64,000 nucleotides of DNA from Thermomicrobiales bacterium (GCA_050696075.1 JBOGUF010000045.1:13129-77128), one strand, 5' to 3'. Shown: positions 35,838 to 44,536, counted from the first letter of the stretch. Program-made: numbers and translations. Notes: generated from the sequence alone by a model not told the origin.

Positions 35838-36293
35838 GTGGCGGTCGTAACCATTAAAGGCCAGCCCGGAAAAGCATTCGCAACGGATGTTCGCACGGCG
35901 ACGCATGTACTCGTCGCCGACGAACCAGTCGGCGACGGCGGCGATGGCCTGGGGCTATCGCCGTATGAGTTGCTCCTTGCGGCTCTTGGTTCGTGTACCG
36001 CGATGACGTTGCAGCTCTACGCCAAGCGGAAGGGTTGGCCGCTGGAACGCGTGGAGGTCACGCTGGAGTTCGATCGTATTCACGAGCATGACTCAGAGCA
36101 GGTCGAGGATGCAACTCGGCGGATCGACCGTATCCAGCGTGCATTTGTTCTCGACGGTCCGCTGACCGACGAGCAACGCAATCGCCTTCTCGAGATCGCG
36201 GCGCGCTGCCCGGTTCACCGCACGATCACGGGTAAACCACGCATCTTCGACACGCTCAGTGATCATTCGTCTCTTTCGTCGGCCATGATGTGA
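35838..36293 (+). CDS. OsmC-family peroxiredoxin-like protein
   Basis: GTG start. GLSPYELLLAALGSCTAMTLQLYAKRKGW and a C-terminal ARCPVHRT provide the two conserved Cys of OsmC/Ohr. Confidence 0.75.
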   Translation: MAVVTIKGQPGKAFATDVRTATHVLVADEPVGDGGDGLGLSPYELLLAALGSCTAMTLQLYAKRKGWPLERVEVTLEFDRIHEHDSEQVEDATRRIDRIQRAFVLDGPLTDEQRNRLLEIAARCPVHRTITGKPRIFDTLSDHSSLSSAMM

Positions 36294-36303
36294 AAAGCAA
36301 CGG

Positions 36304-36323
36304 CTCGGCGGTGTTCCGCCGGG
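36304..36323 (-). terminator. terminator hairpin downstream of ssrA (possibly bidirectional with the OsmC gene)
   Basis: CTCGGCGG-tgtt-CCGCCGGG forms an 8-bp stem with one G-U pair. On the minus strand it is followed by CCGTTGCTTTTC. Confidence 0.5.
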
Positions 36324-36336
36324 CCGTCCTGGTCCC

Positions 36337-36700
36337 TGGTGGAGATGGGGGGAGTCGAACCCCCGTCCAGAATCGTTAGCCGAGCATATCCTACACGCGT
36401 AGTCGGTGTTTTGTGTGCCGACGCGAACCCCCACCGACAGGGTTTCGTGACGGTGAGTCGGACTGCCTTTGATGGACGCGCTCCGACGGACTAGCCCATC
36501 GCATCCGGCCTTGGTGACGCCCGCTGCCGGTCCCGGCCGAAGGAGGTCCGGGCGGACGCGCTACCTAGAGGTCAGTGACTTAGGCAGCGTAAGCAAGTTC
36601 TTGAGTCTTGCCATTTCTGGTGGTGCCCATTTTTACGAGGGCCTGGGCGCCTCGGCGTGCAACACTCTGACCTAGGACCCTGTCGAAACCAAACATCCCC
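36337..36700 (-). ncRNA. ssrA: tmRNA (SsrA), one-piece
   Basis: The 5' end GGGGATGTTTGGTTTCGACAGGG pairs with the 3' end GGACGGGGGTTCGACTCCCCCCATCTCCACCA. This gives an acceptor stem with a G3-U pair, a T-arm and an encoded CCA. An internal tag frame reads ...GGC ACC ACC AGA AAT GGC AAG ACT CAA GAA CTT GCT TAC GCT GCC TAA (...GTTRNGKTQELAYAA-stop). It lies immediately downstream of smpB. Confidence 0.9.
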
Positions 36701-36712
36701 AGATCACGGGTA

Positions 36713-36721
36713 ATTATACCA
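36713..36721 (-). promoter_or_regulatory. extended -10 promoter (TGGTATAAT) for ssrA
   Basis: The minus strand reads TGGTATAAT, ending 12 nt upstream of the tmRNA 5' end. It lies in the 25-nt gap after the smpB stop. Confidence 0.4.
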
Positions 36722-36725
36722 TAGT

Positions 36726-37217
36726 TCAAGCGCGCTCTCGCAGCGCCCGCTCGACGTCACGCGAAGCCTCCCGCTCAGCCGCCGACGCCCGCTTGTCATA
36801 CTGCTTCTTGCCGCGGGCAACCCCGATCTCGATCTTCGCGCGCCCTCGCTTCAGTTTGACGCGCAGCGGCACTAGTGTCATTCCCTTCTGTTCCGTCATC
36901 GCCCGCAGCTCGCGAATCTGATCGCGATGTACAAGCAGCTTTCGCGGACGGTCAGGTTCAGGATTAGTGTAGCTGCCGAACGCATAGGGCGAAATATGCG
37001 ATCCGATCAACCACAACTCCCCGTCGTCGATCCGCGCGTACGCCTCGGCAATGGTGATTTTGCCGTCGCGGATCGACTTGATCTCGGTTCCGGTGAGCAC
37101 GATGCCGGCCTCGATCGTCTCGACAATAAAGTATTCGTGGAACGCCCGCCGGTTGGACGTCACCACCCGGTCTGACCTCCGTTCATAGGTCGGTTGTTTT
37201 GTCGCCGTCTTCGCCAT
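36726..37217 (-). CDS. smpB: SsrA-binding protein
   Basis: NRRAFHEYFIVETIEAGIVLTGTEIKSIRDGK and a basic C-terminal tail. Adjacent to ssrA. Confidence 0.9.
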   Translation of the reverse strand: MAKTATKQPTYERRSDRVVTSNRRAFHEYFIVETIEAGIVLTGTEIKSIRDGKITIAEAYARIDDGELWLIGSHISPYAFGSYTNPEPDRPRKLLVHRDQIRELRAMTEQKGMTLVPLRVKLKRGRAKIEIGVARGKKQYDKRASAAEREASRDVERALRERA

Positions 37218-37276
37218 ACGGGGGACTATAGGAATCCACCGCGCTTCCCGTCAATCGACACGCTACTATTCCCGGC

Positions 37277-38071
37277 ATGAATTGGACGGATTCTCCCCTC
37301 GATCCATACGAACAGATTCCCGCACTCTACGACCTGGAGCATGCGGGGTTCGAAGACGACCTCGATTTTTACGCGAGTCTTGTCGAAGCGATCGGCGATC
37401 CCGTCCTGGACCTCGGCTGTGGCACGGGTCGACTGCTGTTGCCAATCGCGCGGGCCGGGTATCGGGTCACGGGCCTCGACCTGTCGAGGCCCATGCTCGA
37501 TCGGGCGCGCGAGTTCGCGCATGCGGAGGGACTCGACGAGCGTGTCACCTTGTTCCATGGCTCGATGCTCGATGCCCATCGCGCCCCAGGCGGCCCCTTC
37601 GGCATCGCCATCATCGCGCTCAACGGATTGTTGCACCTGACGACGCTGCAGGAACAATTGGCGGCTCTGCGCTCGATCAGAAAAGCACTCGATCCGCGCG
37701 GGCAGCTTGTTCTCGATCTGCTCAATCCGAGTCCGGACGCCTTGCGCGGATTCGATCACGTGATTTCGCACGACGGCATGTGGACTGAACCGAATGGTGA
37801 CCGGGTCGACAAGTTCGCGGCCCGGCGCGTCTCCCACGCCACGCAAACGATCCGCACCGAGCTGTGGTACGACCGGGTCTCGCCCGACGGCTCGCTGCGG
37901 CGCACGACAACGAGTTTTGACATGCGCTACATACACCGAGCGGAGCTTGAATTGATGCTCGAACTCGCCGGTTATGTCGAATGGCAGGTGTACGGCAGCT
38001 ACGACCTCGATCCCTATGACGAGGCGTCGGACCGCCTCATCGTGGCGGCGGAGGTTACGTCGTCACGGTAG
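37277..38071 (+). CDS. class I SAM-dependent methyltransferase
   Basis: Motif I is VLDLGCGTGRLLLPIARAGYRVTGLDLSRPML. The substrate is unknown. Confidence 0.75.
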   Translation: MNWTDSPLDPYEQIPALYDLEHAGFEDDLDFYASLVEAIGDPVLDLGCGTGRLLLPIARAGYRVTGLDLSRPMLDRAREFAHAEGLDERVTLFHGSMLDAHRAPGGPFGIAIIALNGLLHLTTLQEQLAALRSIRKALDPRGQLVLDLLNPSPDALRGFDHVISHDGMWTEPNGDRVDKFAARRVSHATQTIRTELWYDRVSPDGSLRRTTTSFDMRYIHRAELELMLELAGYVEWQVYGSYDLDPYDEASDRLIVAAEVTSSR

Positions 38072-39152
38072 CTGCTTCCGCCTTCGGCGAAATGCGCGCC
38101 GCCCGATTCAGGAGCAGAAGATCGGCCAGCAAGATCGCCAGCATTGCCTCGGCGACCGGCACCGCCCGCGGGCAGACCGACGGGTCGTGCCGCCCTTCGA
38201 CGACGATCTCGCGCGATGCCAGCGAAGTATCGACCGTCTGTTGTGCCTTTGAAACCGACGACGTCGGCTTTACCGCGATACGAACGATGATCTCTTCGCC
38301 GGACGATATTCCCCCAAGGGTTCCTCCGTGGGCGTTAGTTCGTGTCCGCACGCGACCATTTTCAGCAAAGAACGAATCATTTGCTTGTGAACCACGCGAG
38401 CGCACGACGGCGAAACCATCACCGATTTCGACCCCTTTGACCGCTGGAATGCTCAACATCGCCTGGCCGATCAGCGCGTCGAGTTTGTCGAACGTCGGTT
38501 CGCCCAGTCCGACCGGCACGCCAGAGGCACGCACCTCAACGATGCCACCGAGACTATCACCCTCGTCCTTTGCCGCCATGATCGCCTCGACTATTCGCTC
38601 CGCCGCGATCGGGTCCGGGCAGCGAACGATGTTGCGCTCAATCTCGTCCCGGTCAAACGATTCCATGGCGATGCCGCCCAACTCGCGGACAAAGCCATAG
38701 ACTTCGCAGCCCGCGGCGGCCAAGATCTTTCGCGCAATCGCGCCCGCCGCCACACGTCCCCAAGTCTCGCGCGCCGACGAGCGGCCTCCTCCCCGGTGGT
38801 CGCGATGGCCGTATTTCGCCCAGTACGTGAAATCGGCATGACCTGGCCGAAAGACGTTGCGCAACGGTTCATATTTTGACGAGTCGACGTCGCGGTTATA
38901 GGTGATCAGGGAAATCGGAGCGCCCGTCGTCACGCCTTCAAACACGCCTGAGAGGAGTTCAGCCCGATCAGCCTCATTACGAGGCGTAGTGACCTTGCTT
39001 TGACCGACCCGCCGGCGATTAAGCTGCTCTTGGATTTCTTCGACGTCGAGCGAAATTCCAGCGGGACAGCCCTCGATCACCACCCCGAGTGCCGGACCGT
39101 GGGATTCGCCCCAGGTGGTCAACTTGAAAATACGTCCGAATGTGCTTGCCAT
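38055..39152 (-). CDS. aroC: chorismate synthase
   Basis: FGRIFKLTTWGESHGPALGVVIEGCPAG and RPGHADFTYWAKYG are canonical AroC signatures. Confidence 0.9.
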   Translation of the reverse strand: MASTFGRIFKLTTWGESHGPALGVVIEGCPAGISLDVEEIQEQLNRRRVGQSKVTTPRNEADRAELLSGVFEGVTTGAPISLITYNRDVDSSKYEPLRNVFRPGHADFTYWAKYGHRDHRGGGRSSARETWGRVAAGAIARKILAAAGCEVYGFVRELGGIAMESFDRDEIERNIVRCPDPIAAERIVEAIMAAKDEGDSLGGIVEVRASGVPVGLGEPTFDKLDALIGQAMLSIPAVKGVEIGDGFAVVRSRGSQANDSFFAENGRVRTRTNAHGGTLGGISSGEEIIVRIAVKPTSSVSKAQQTVDTSLASREIVVEGRHDPSVCPRAVPVAEAMLAILLADLLLLNRAARISPKAEAATVTT

Positions 39153-39256
39153 CGGCTGCTCGTTCCTCTGTGGCTGTGGGCGCCAGCATCGGCTCGCCTT
39201 CGTGGTCTGGTTGATTCGGTTGGACCGAGTCCGAGCGGAACACGGCCACTAGCTCA

Positions 39257-40135
39257 TTATCGTCCATCAAGATCACGTAGCAACCGCCCATAGATGCGGT
39301 AATCATTCGCCGGGACGCGACGAAACCCAAACCGCTCATACAGGCGCTTCGATCGAATGTTTCTGTCTTGGGTACTGAGGCCGACGCGCCGCGCGCCCCG
39401 GCGCAGCAGGCGCTCCACCGCAAAACCCAGCGCCGCCTGCCCAATTCCTCCGCCCTGGTATCCCGGATGAATCGCGATGCGGTCGAGGTGTCCCCAACCC
39501 GGAAAGCAGGTGAGCCCAACGTATCCGACCGGCCGCCCTTGGAGCCGGCAGAGGAATACCTCTACCCCCGGCGTCACACCGTAGGCCCGGAACTCCAGGT
39601 CACTGTTTCGCCAGAGCCACGGGAAGGCGGCATGATCGAGGTCGAGCAGCAGAGCACGATCGGCGTCGTTGGTAGGGTCCACTGGGTCGAAGCGAATCGC
39701 GGTCGGAGGGAGCGCGGCCGTCGCCCGCCCCGACCATTCGTACGTTGCCACCTCTTCGAGCAAGTCGAATCCGATGCGGTCGAAGAAGACGGGCCGGCGC
39801 ACCTCGTCAAGTTCGATCGCCAGCACCATCGCGTCACCAGCATCGTGGCACCGCACGATGACGTGATCGATGACCGCTTCTGGATTCCGCACGGCAGAAA
39901 CGTCGACCAGGTGCCCAATCTCCGGGCGATGACGCCATGGCCCGACAATGGCATACTCGAGTGTTTCCGGCGACCAGACCGATCGGCCCCGATGCATCGA
40001 CAGCAGGCGTCGGATCTCGTCGGGCTGAAGGCGTGCATGCCACCCCAGTCGCAAATCGGCGACGTTCTCATCCCGAAGGGTGCGAACGCGAAGGTTCGGA
40101 CTGACGGCGGGAGCGGATTGGATGCGCAGGGCCAC
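39257..40135 (-). CDS. GNAT-family N-acetyltransferase
   Basis: The C-terminal half LDRIAIHPGYQGGGIGQAALGFAVERLLRRGARRVGLSTQDRNIRSKRLYERFGF is the acetyl-CoA-binding motif A. Confidence 0.7.
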   Translation of the reverse strand: MALRIQSAPAVSPNLRVRTLRDENVADLRLGWHARLQPDEIRRLLSMHRGRSVWSPETLEYAIVGPWRHRPEIGHLVDVSAVRNPEAVIDHVIVRCHDAGDAMVLAIELDEVRRPVFFDRIGFDLLEEVATYEWSGRATAALPPTAIRFDPVDPTNDADRALLLDLDHAAFPWLWRNSDLEFRAYGVTPGVEVFLCRLQGRPVGYVGLTCFPGWGHLDRIAIHPGYQGGGIGQAALGFAVERLLRRGARRVGLSTQDRNIRSKRLYERFGFRRVPANDYRIYGRLLRDLDGR

Positions 40136-40138
40136 TGG

Positions 40139-41854
40139 TCAGCTCTCCAGCCAGACCGTTTCAAGGCGAAGAATGCCTAACGGTGTCACATTCAGATTCC
40201 TGACGTACGGCTTGGTAATGGTGTACGCGACGTCGTAGTAGAGCGGGATCAGCATCAGATCGTCCATCAAGACCTGCTGCGCCTGTGCGTACACTGACGA
40301 ACGTCGTCCAACGTCCTGTTCCGCCGCCGCTTGCTCGAGTAGCTCGTCGAACGCGGTATTGGAGTAGTCGATATAGTTGTCCGCGCGTCCGGTGCCAAAG
40401 AGCGTCCACAGGAAGGTCTCCGGATCGGGAAAGTCGGCGCCCCAATAGAGTTCATACGCTGAGTATTGGCGCTGAGACAAACCGTCCATGAACTCAGCCC
40501 AATCGATAGCGATCACTTCGACGGTCAAACCAAGATCGCTGCTCAAGACATCTCGTAACGACTCGGCGCCGGATCCGCTGGCAAGGTAGATTCGGATCGG
40601 CGGCACGTTTTCGGCAGAGCCGTATCGCGACTGAGCGACTGCCTCCCGCGCGGCATTGAGATCATAGGGCAACCCGTCGACTGGCCAGTCTTCTCCAAGC
40701 ATACCGTGTGGCACCAAGCCAGCCGCCGGCTCAACGTAACCGTCATACGTGACGAGCGCGACCTTCTCTCGCGGAAAGCCCAACTGAACAGCTCGCCGAA
40801 TCATTGGATCGTCCATCGGTTCAACGTCGGTCCGAAACGCGATGTAGTTGGCCGCAAACAGTGGAGTCACCGATACCTCGTCCCGGAGTCCGCTTTCGGG
40901 CGCCATCACGCGGTCCAAGACATTGATGCCGACTGAATCTATATCGATCTCACCGGCTTGGTAGAGATTGAACGATTGTTGGGCGTTAGCGCCAAGCAGG
41001 ATATCGACCCGATTCAGTGGCGGCTCACCAGTGTGATAGCGTTCGAACGGTTCAAGGGTGAGCTGCTCTGCCTCCGCCCAGTCCGCCACGAAGAACGGTC
41101 CGGAGCCGTTTGGCGTCCGCCACCATTCGCTGTCATTCGCAATTTGTTCCGGGTCGACAATCGACGCTGGCGCCGAGGCAAGCTTCATCAGAAAGGTCGA
41201 CCGAGGAGCTGACAACCGAATGCGTACGGTTCGCTCGTCGAACGCTTCGAGGCCGCGAAGAATGATTGCGTCACCGGCAACGACCTCAGCCGCGCCTTCG
41301 ATGTCGGACAAGAAGGTGGGTCCACCTAATGCGTTGGCATTGCCGCCAACCGTATCCGGCCTGAGCGCCCGCGTCAGCGACTCGACGACGTCGCCGGCGT
41401 CGATCGGCGAGCCGTCGTGAAAAGCGACTGCCGATCGCAGCGTGAAGGTATAGTCAAGACCGTCGGCGCTGACTTCGATGCGTTCGGCAAGTTCCGGAAT
41501 CGGCTCCAGATCGGCATCGAAGCCGACGAGCCCGCGAAAGATCTGGCGCACGAGGAAGGCGCTCGCCAAATCGCGCGACCTCGCGGGATCGAGCGTCTCA
41601 GGTCCATCGACCGGTCCGGCAAGGCGCAGAACCTGATCGCCGCTGGGGTTCGCGTCTAGTGGCGTCGGTTCCGCGGTAATGACAATCGGCTCACCTGCCG
41701 CCGGGATACCATCCTGGTTCAGACCTGGAATCGACGAAGCGGAGTGTCGACCAGTCGCCGTGGTTGGCGCCGAGTAGCCGAACAACACCGGCCCCATGAG
41801 CAGCGTGGCGACCAGGAGACCTCCGACTATCGACGTCCCACGAACAGCTATCAT
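40139..41854 (-). CDS. ABC transporter substrate-binding protein, family 5 (peptide/nickel type)
   Basis: 571 aa with an N-terminal signal/TM segment. LDPARSRDLASAFLVRQIFRGLVGFD...YTFTLRSAVAFHDGSPIDAGDV is the SBP_bac_5 pattern. Confidence 0.8.
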   Translation of the reverse strand: MIAVRGTSIVGGLLVATLLMGPVLFGYSAPTTATGRHSASSIPGLNQDGIPAAGEPIVITAEPTPLDANPSGDQVLRLAGPVDGPETLDPARSRDLASAFLVRQIFRGLVGFDADLEPIPELAERIEVSADGLDYTFTLRSAVAFHDGSPIDAGDVVESLTRALRPDTVGGNANALGGPTFLSDIEGAAEVVAGDAIILRGLEAFDERTVRIRLSAPRSTFLMKLASAPASIVDPEQIANDSEWWRTPNGSGPFFVADWAEAEQLTLEPFERYHTGEPPLNRVDILLGANAQQSFNLYQAGEIDIDSVGINVLDRVMAPESGLRDEVSVTPLFAANYIAFRTDVEPMDDPMIRRAVQLGFPREKVALVTYDGYVEPAAGLVPHGMLGEDWPVDGLPYDLNAAREAVAQSRYGSAENVPPIRIYLASGSGAESLRDVLSSDLGLTVEVIAIDWAEFMDGLSQRQYSAYELYWGADFPDPETFLWTLFGTGRADNYIDYSNTAFDELLEQAAAEQDVGRRSSVYAQAQQVLMDDLMLIPLYYDVAYTITKPYVRNLNVTPLGILRLETVWLES

Positions 41855-41970
41855 GTCGTGATTCTAGTAGGCTCGGCCCACGCCGACAAACAGTTGGGAT
41901 GTGCGGTCGAGTATTGAGCGACGGGATGAGCCAAACTGCCGACGCTTATTTCGTGCCTGGGAGCCGTCCA

Positions 41971-42657
41971 ATGGAAAACGTTTCGTTCGATTTACCACTC
42001 TTCCCGCTCAGCACCGTTCTGTTTCCCGGGACGGACATCCCCCTACACATCTTCGAAGAACGCTATCAGCAGCTCATCACAGATCGCCAAGACGAGGATC
42101 CTGCCTTTGGCATCGTGCTGATCACTGGAGGCAGCGAGGTCGGCGACCAGCCGATAACCGCGAATGTTGGCACAGCGGCATCCATCGAAGCACTCCGTGA
42201 GTACGACGATGGGCGGTTCGATCTCGTTGTGCGAGGAAGCCGTCGGTTTCGCATCCTCGAACGTGACTGGAGTCGACCGTATCTCGTTGGCACGGTCGAA
42301 TGGTTACCCGTAACCGAGGAAGACCCCGTAGATTCCGCCATGGTCGAGAGCGCATGGCAATCGTTTGTCGCCCTCGCCAATGCCTATCTCCATCAGACGG
42401 CGCGTTCCAGTGAGCGATCGCTGGAACTCGAAGCACGGGCGCGACCTAGCGGGATGTCCGCGTCGGAACTCGCCTACGTCCTTGCCAGCCGCCTACCGGT
42501 GGCAGCGAGCGATCGTCAGGACCTGCTCGAAACGTCGACGACCGAAGACTTCTTGGCGTTGCTGGTGCGGATCATGTCGCGTGAGCGTCGCTTGGTCAAT
42601 CGCATCGGAGCCACCATCGTCGTCGCGGGCGGATCGGTCAGCGAGGCCAGTTCGTAG
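41971..42657 (+). CDS. LON N-terminal (substrate-binding) domain protein
   Basis: LPLFPLSTVLFPGTDIPLHIFEERYQQLI is the LON_substr_bdg signature. I prefer ATG 41971. Confidence 0.7.
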   Translation: MENVSFDLPLFPLSTVLFPGTDIPLHIFEERYQQLITDRQDEDPAFGIVLITGGSEVGDQPITANVGTAASIEALREYDDGRFDLVVRGSRRFRILERDWSRPYLVGTVEWLPVTEEDPVDSAMVESAWQSFVALANAYLHQTARSSERSLELEARARPSGMSASELAYVLASRLPVAASDRQDLLETSTTEDFLALLVRIMSRERRLVNRIGATIVVAGGSVSEASS

Positions 42658-43066
42658 GCAGGGATTCGCTGGCGCCTAGCGCTTCGGCAGCGCGCGAGAG
42701 CACCTCCATGGGCGGTAGCATCCGCGCGTCGATGATGAGAAGTGCCACCTCCCGCGCGTTCTCAAGACGACGAAGCTGGGCGGCGAAGAGGTCCGCGGGC
42801 CAATCGGAGCCGCGTCGCCTTCGGATCGTGCCAAGATCAACTTCGAGAAAGACGACAGCCGTCGGGTTGCCGTGGCGCCAGAGCGTCGAAATCTCGGAAT
42901 GTTCTTGGCCGCAAACGTACGCATCGAAACCGAGCTGGCGAAGTCCCTCGACCAGCGTTGACTTTCCTGATGCACAGGGACCCACGACGGCAATCCGAGG
43001 TGGCATTCGCGCGTCATCGTCAGGCGTCACGGCGTCGACTCCTAGCGCCTCAGGCAAGTGGGGCAT
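42638..43066 (-). CDS. small P-loop NTPase / kinase-like protein
   Basis: Walker A is RIAVVGPCASGKSTLVEGL. It overlaps the upstream phosphatase gene by 17 nt. The start could instead be 43006. Confidence 0.5.
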   Translation of the reverse strand: MPHLPEALGVDAVTPDDDARMPPRIAVVGPCASGKSTLVEGLRQLGFDAYVCGQEHSEISTLWRHGNPTAVVFLEVDLGTIRRRRGSDWPADLFAAQLRRLENAREVALLIIDARMLPPMEVLSRAAEALGASESLPTNWPR

Positions 43067-43763
43067 ACAGCTGGACGGTTCGGACGTGCGGGTGATGATC
43101 GTGCTCTCGCAAACCCATTACCACCACGGTCATATCGTCGCGCGGTCTGTCTTCGTCTCGTCGGATCGCCTCCTGCAAGATCGCCGCGGCCATCCGCGTG
43201 GCATCGCAGCTATCGCCGAGCGTTTCTTGCGCGAATGACCGAACGTCGAAAGTATCTGGGCCGAACCTGGTGCCGGCGGTCGCCACCCCATCCGTGATCG
43301 TGCAGACGACGAGTCCGGCCTCGGTTGCCAGTTGCGTGACGGCGGGACGCGTGAAGTGATAGCGCCCGATCGGGCCGGCAAATGGTTCGATTGACCGCCA
43401 ATCGCTTGCCTCTCGAACGATCAAGGGAGTGGCGCCATTGCGCGTCGCGATCACCGATTTCGTCTTGAGGTCGATCGACACGATATCGAGCGAGGCCGAA
43501 ACCCGACCCTGGCGATAAGCAAAGAGAACGTCGTGAACAGCACGGGCGACTGCTCCGTCGCGCACTCCTTCCTTAATCAGGGCCACCGCCTTGCTGGTAA
43601 GCAGAAGGCTCAACGCTTTGGCGCCACTGCCACTGCCCTGCCCGTCGACCGCGACAACCGAGAATCCACCACCTGGCCGTTCGATCAATTCGGCGGGGTC
43701 TCCGCTCTCCCGGCTCGCGTATTTGTTTGTCTTCGCGACCGCGAATTCGACGGCCAACTCCAT
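43050..43763 (-). CDS. stand-alone SpoIIE/PP2C-type serine phosphatase domain protein
   Basis: SVVAVDGQGSGSGAKA, ITDGVATAG and DDMTVVVMG match the metal-binding Asp motifs of the PP2C/SpoIIE fold. I prefer ATG 43763, which follows AAGGA. Confidence 0.6.
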   Translation of the reverse strand: MELAVEFAVAKTNKYASRESGDPAELIERPGGGFSVVAVDGQGSGSGAKALSLLLTSKAVALIKEGVRDGAVARAVHDVLFAYRQGRVSASLDIVSIDLKTKSVIATRNGATPLIVREASDWRSIEPFAGPIGRYHFTRPAVTQLATEAGLVVCTITDGVATAGTRFGPDTFDVRSFAQETLGDSCDATRMAAAILQEAIRRDEDRPRDDMTVVVMGLREHDHHPHVRTVQLYAPLA

Positions 43764-43923
43764 AATAAATTCCTTTGCACTCATTGCACGTCGATAATGG
43801 CAAGTGACTAGCAAGCGGACGAATGCAACACGGTCGGCGGTATTCCCAGTACTTTGATACCATACACGTATGTTGGGCGGGCATTATCCCCCAACATTCC
43901 TAGTAATATCAGTCAGAAAACCC

Positions 43924-43952
43924 TTGACAGTTAAGCACCCAGGTCCTAAGCT
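43924..43952 (+). promoter_or_regulatory. candidate promoter (TTGACA-17-TAAGCT) upstream of the mini-ORFs
   Basis: TTGACA is at 43924-43929, followed by a 17-nt spacer and TAAGCT at 43947-43952. It sits in an AT-richer intergenic region. Confidence 0.3.
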
Positions 43953-44080
43953 GGTTTATAGGGCGAACTTCAGAAAAGTAAACCGCATGAGAACTCAACT
44001 TGACTTGGTGTCTGGATGTGACCCGCTTAGGAGGAACACCCTTCTTTGCGGAGTTGGTGCGAGAAGAAAGGAGGAGCGCT

Positions 44081-44110
44081 TTGAAGTGGAAGAACGTCAA
44101 GTGGTCGTAG
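44081..44110 (+). CDS. candidate 9-codon mini-ORF (M)KWKNVKWS
   Basis: TTG 44081 lies 5 nt after AAGGAGGA (44068-44075). The ORF ends TAG 44108-44110. Its last five codons use the same nucleotides as the downstream repeat unit. Confidence 0.3.
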   Translation: MKWKNVKWS

Positions 44111-44180
44111 TCCGGTGTCTGCATCACTCGTCGCCGTGATACCCCTTTGGTCCGAACGTCCATTCAGTTGAGGGAGTGCA

Positions 44181-44258
44181 ATGATGATCCACGCCAACGT
44201 CAAGTGGTCCAACGTCAAGTGGTCCAACGTCAAATGGTCCAACGTCAAATGGTCCTAG
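44181..44258 (+). CDS. candidate 25-aa peptide MMIHA(NVKWS)x4
   Basis: ATG 44181 (or 44184) lies 4 nt after GAGGGAG (44170-44176). The body of the ORF is the 4x15-bp tandem repeat. The stop is TAG at 44256-44258. Confidence 0.4.
   Translation: MMIHANVKWSNVKWSNVKWSNVKWS
44196..44255. repeat. 4 x 15-bp perfect head-to-tail tandem repeat
   Basis: AACGTCAAGTGGTCC occurs twice, then AACGTCAAATGGTCC twice, read directly. A partial fifth copy (AACGTCAAGTGGTC) lies at 44093-44106. Confidence 0.95.
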
Positions 44259-44536
44259 GCAGGCGGCGCCGCGTCTCTTCGCACGATTGTGCGACTCCTT
44301 GCATGGGTTAGCAGGTGGTGACGGCGACGGAATCTATACCTGGAAAGGGGCAGTCGTTGGCCCAGTCATACGGCTGACGATCGTCGCGTCGAATCCCTAG
44401 CCCCCACTAGTCTATTCCACAGATCCTCTTGGACGGATTACAATCTCCAGCAACGCGCTCGCGTCAAGCTGGTTTCGGATGCTGAGGTCTCGCCAGCGAG
44501 ATTTGCAGCATCTGCCCGGTCCGCCAAGAGACAGGC

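Noticed and set aside
36093-36675. ORFs 36093-36434(-) and 36469-36675(+), and a tRNA-like T-arm at ~36345-36372.
   Set aside because: All of them lie within, or overlap, the tmRNA gene. The tRNA-like part is the tmRNA acceptor/T-arm.
44027-44248. Minus-strand ORF translating the tandem repeat as (LDHLT)n.
   Set aside because: It has no SD and a TTG start, and the remainder of the ORF is low-complexity. The plus-strand mini-ORFs each have a strong, correctly spaced SD. Strand assignment is still not proven.
44196-44255. Possible CRISPR array.
   Set aside because: The repeats are 15 bp and directly abutting with no spacers. No cas genes are in the window.
44068-44536. Trp-operon-style attenuator (four Trp codons in the leader peptide).
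   Set aside because: The downstream gene is an HD-GYP protein, not a trp or aro gene. The Trp codons are not adjacent. I found no terminator/antiterminator pair with a U-tract between 44259 and 44536.
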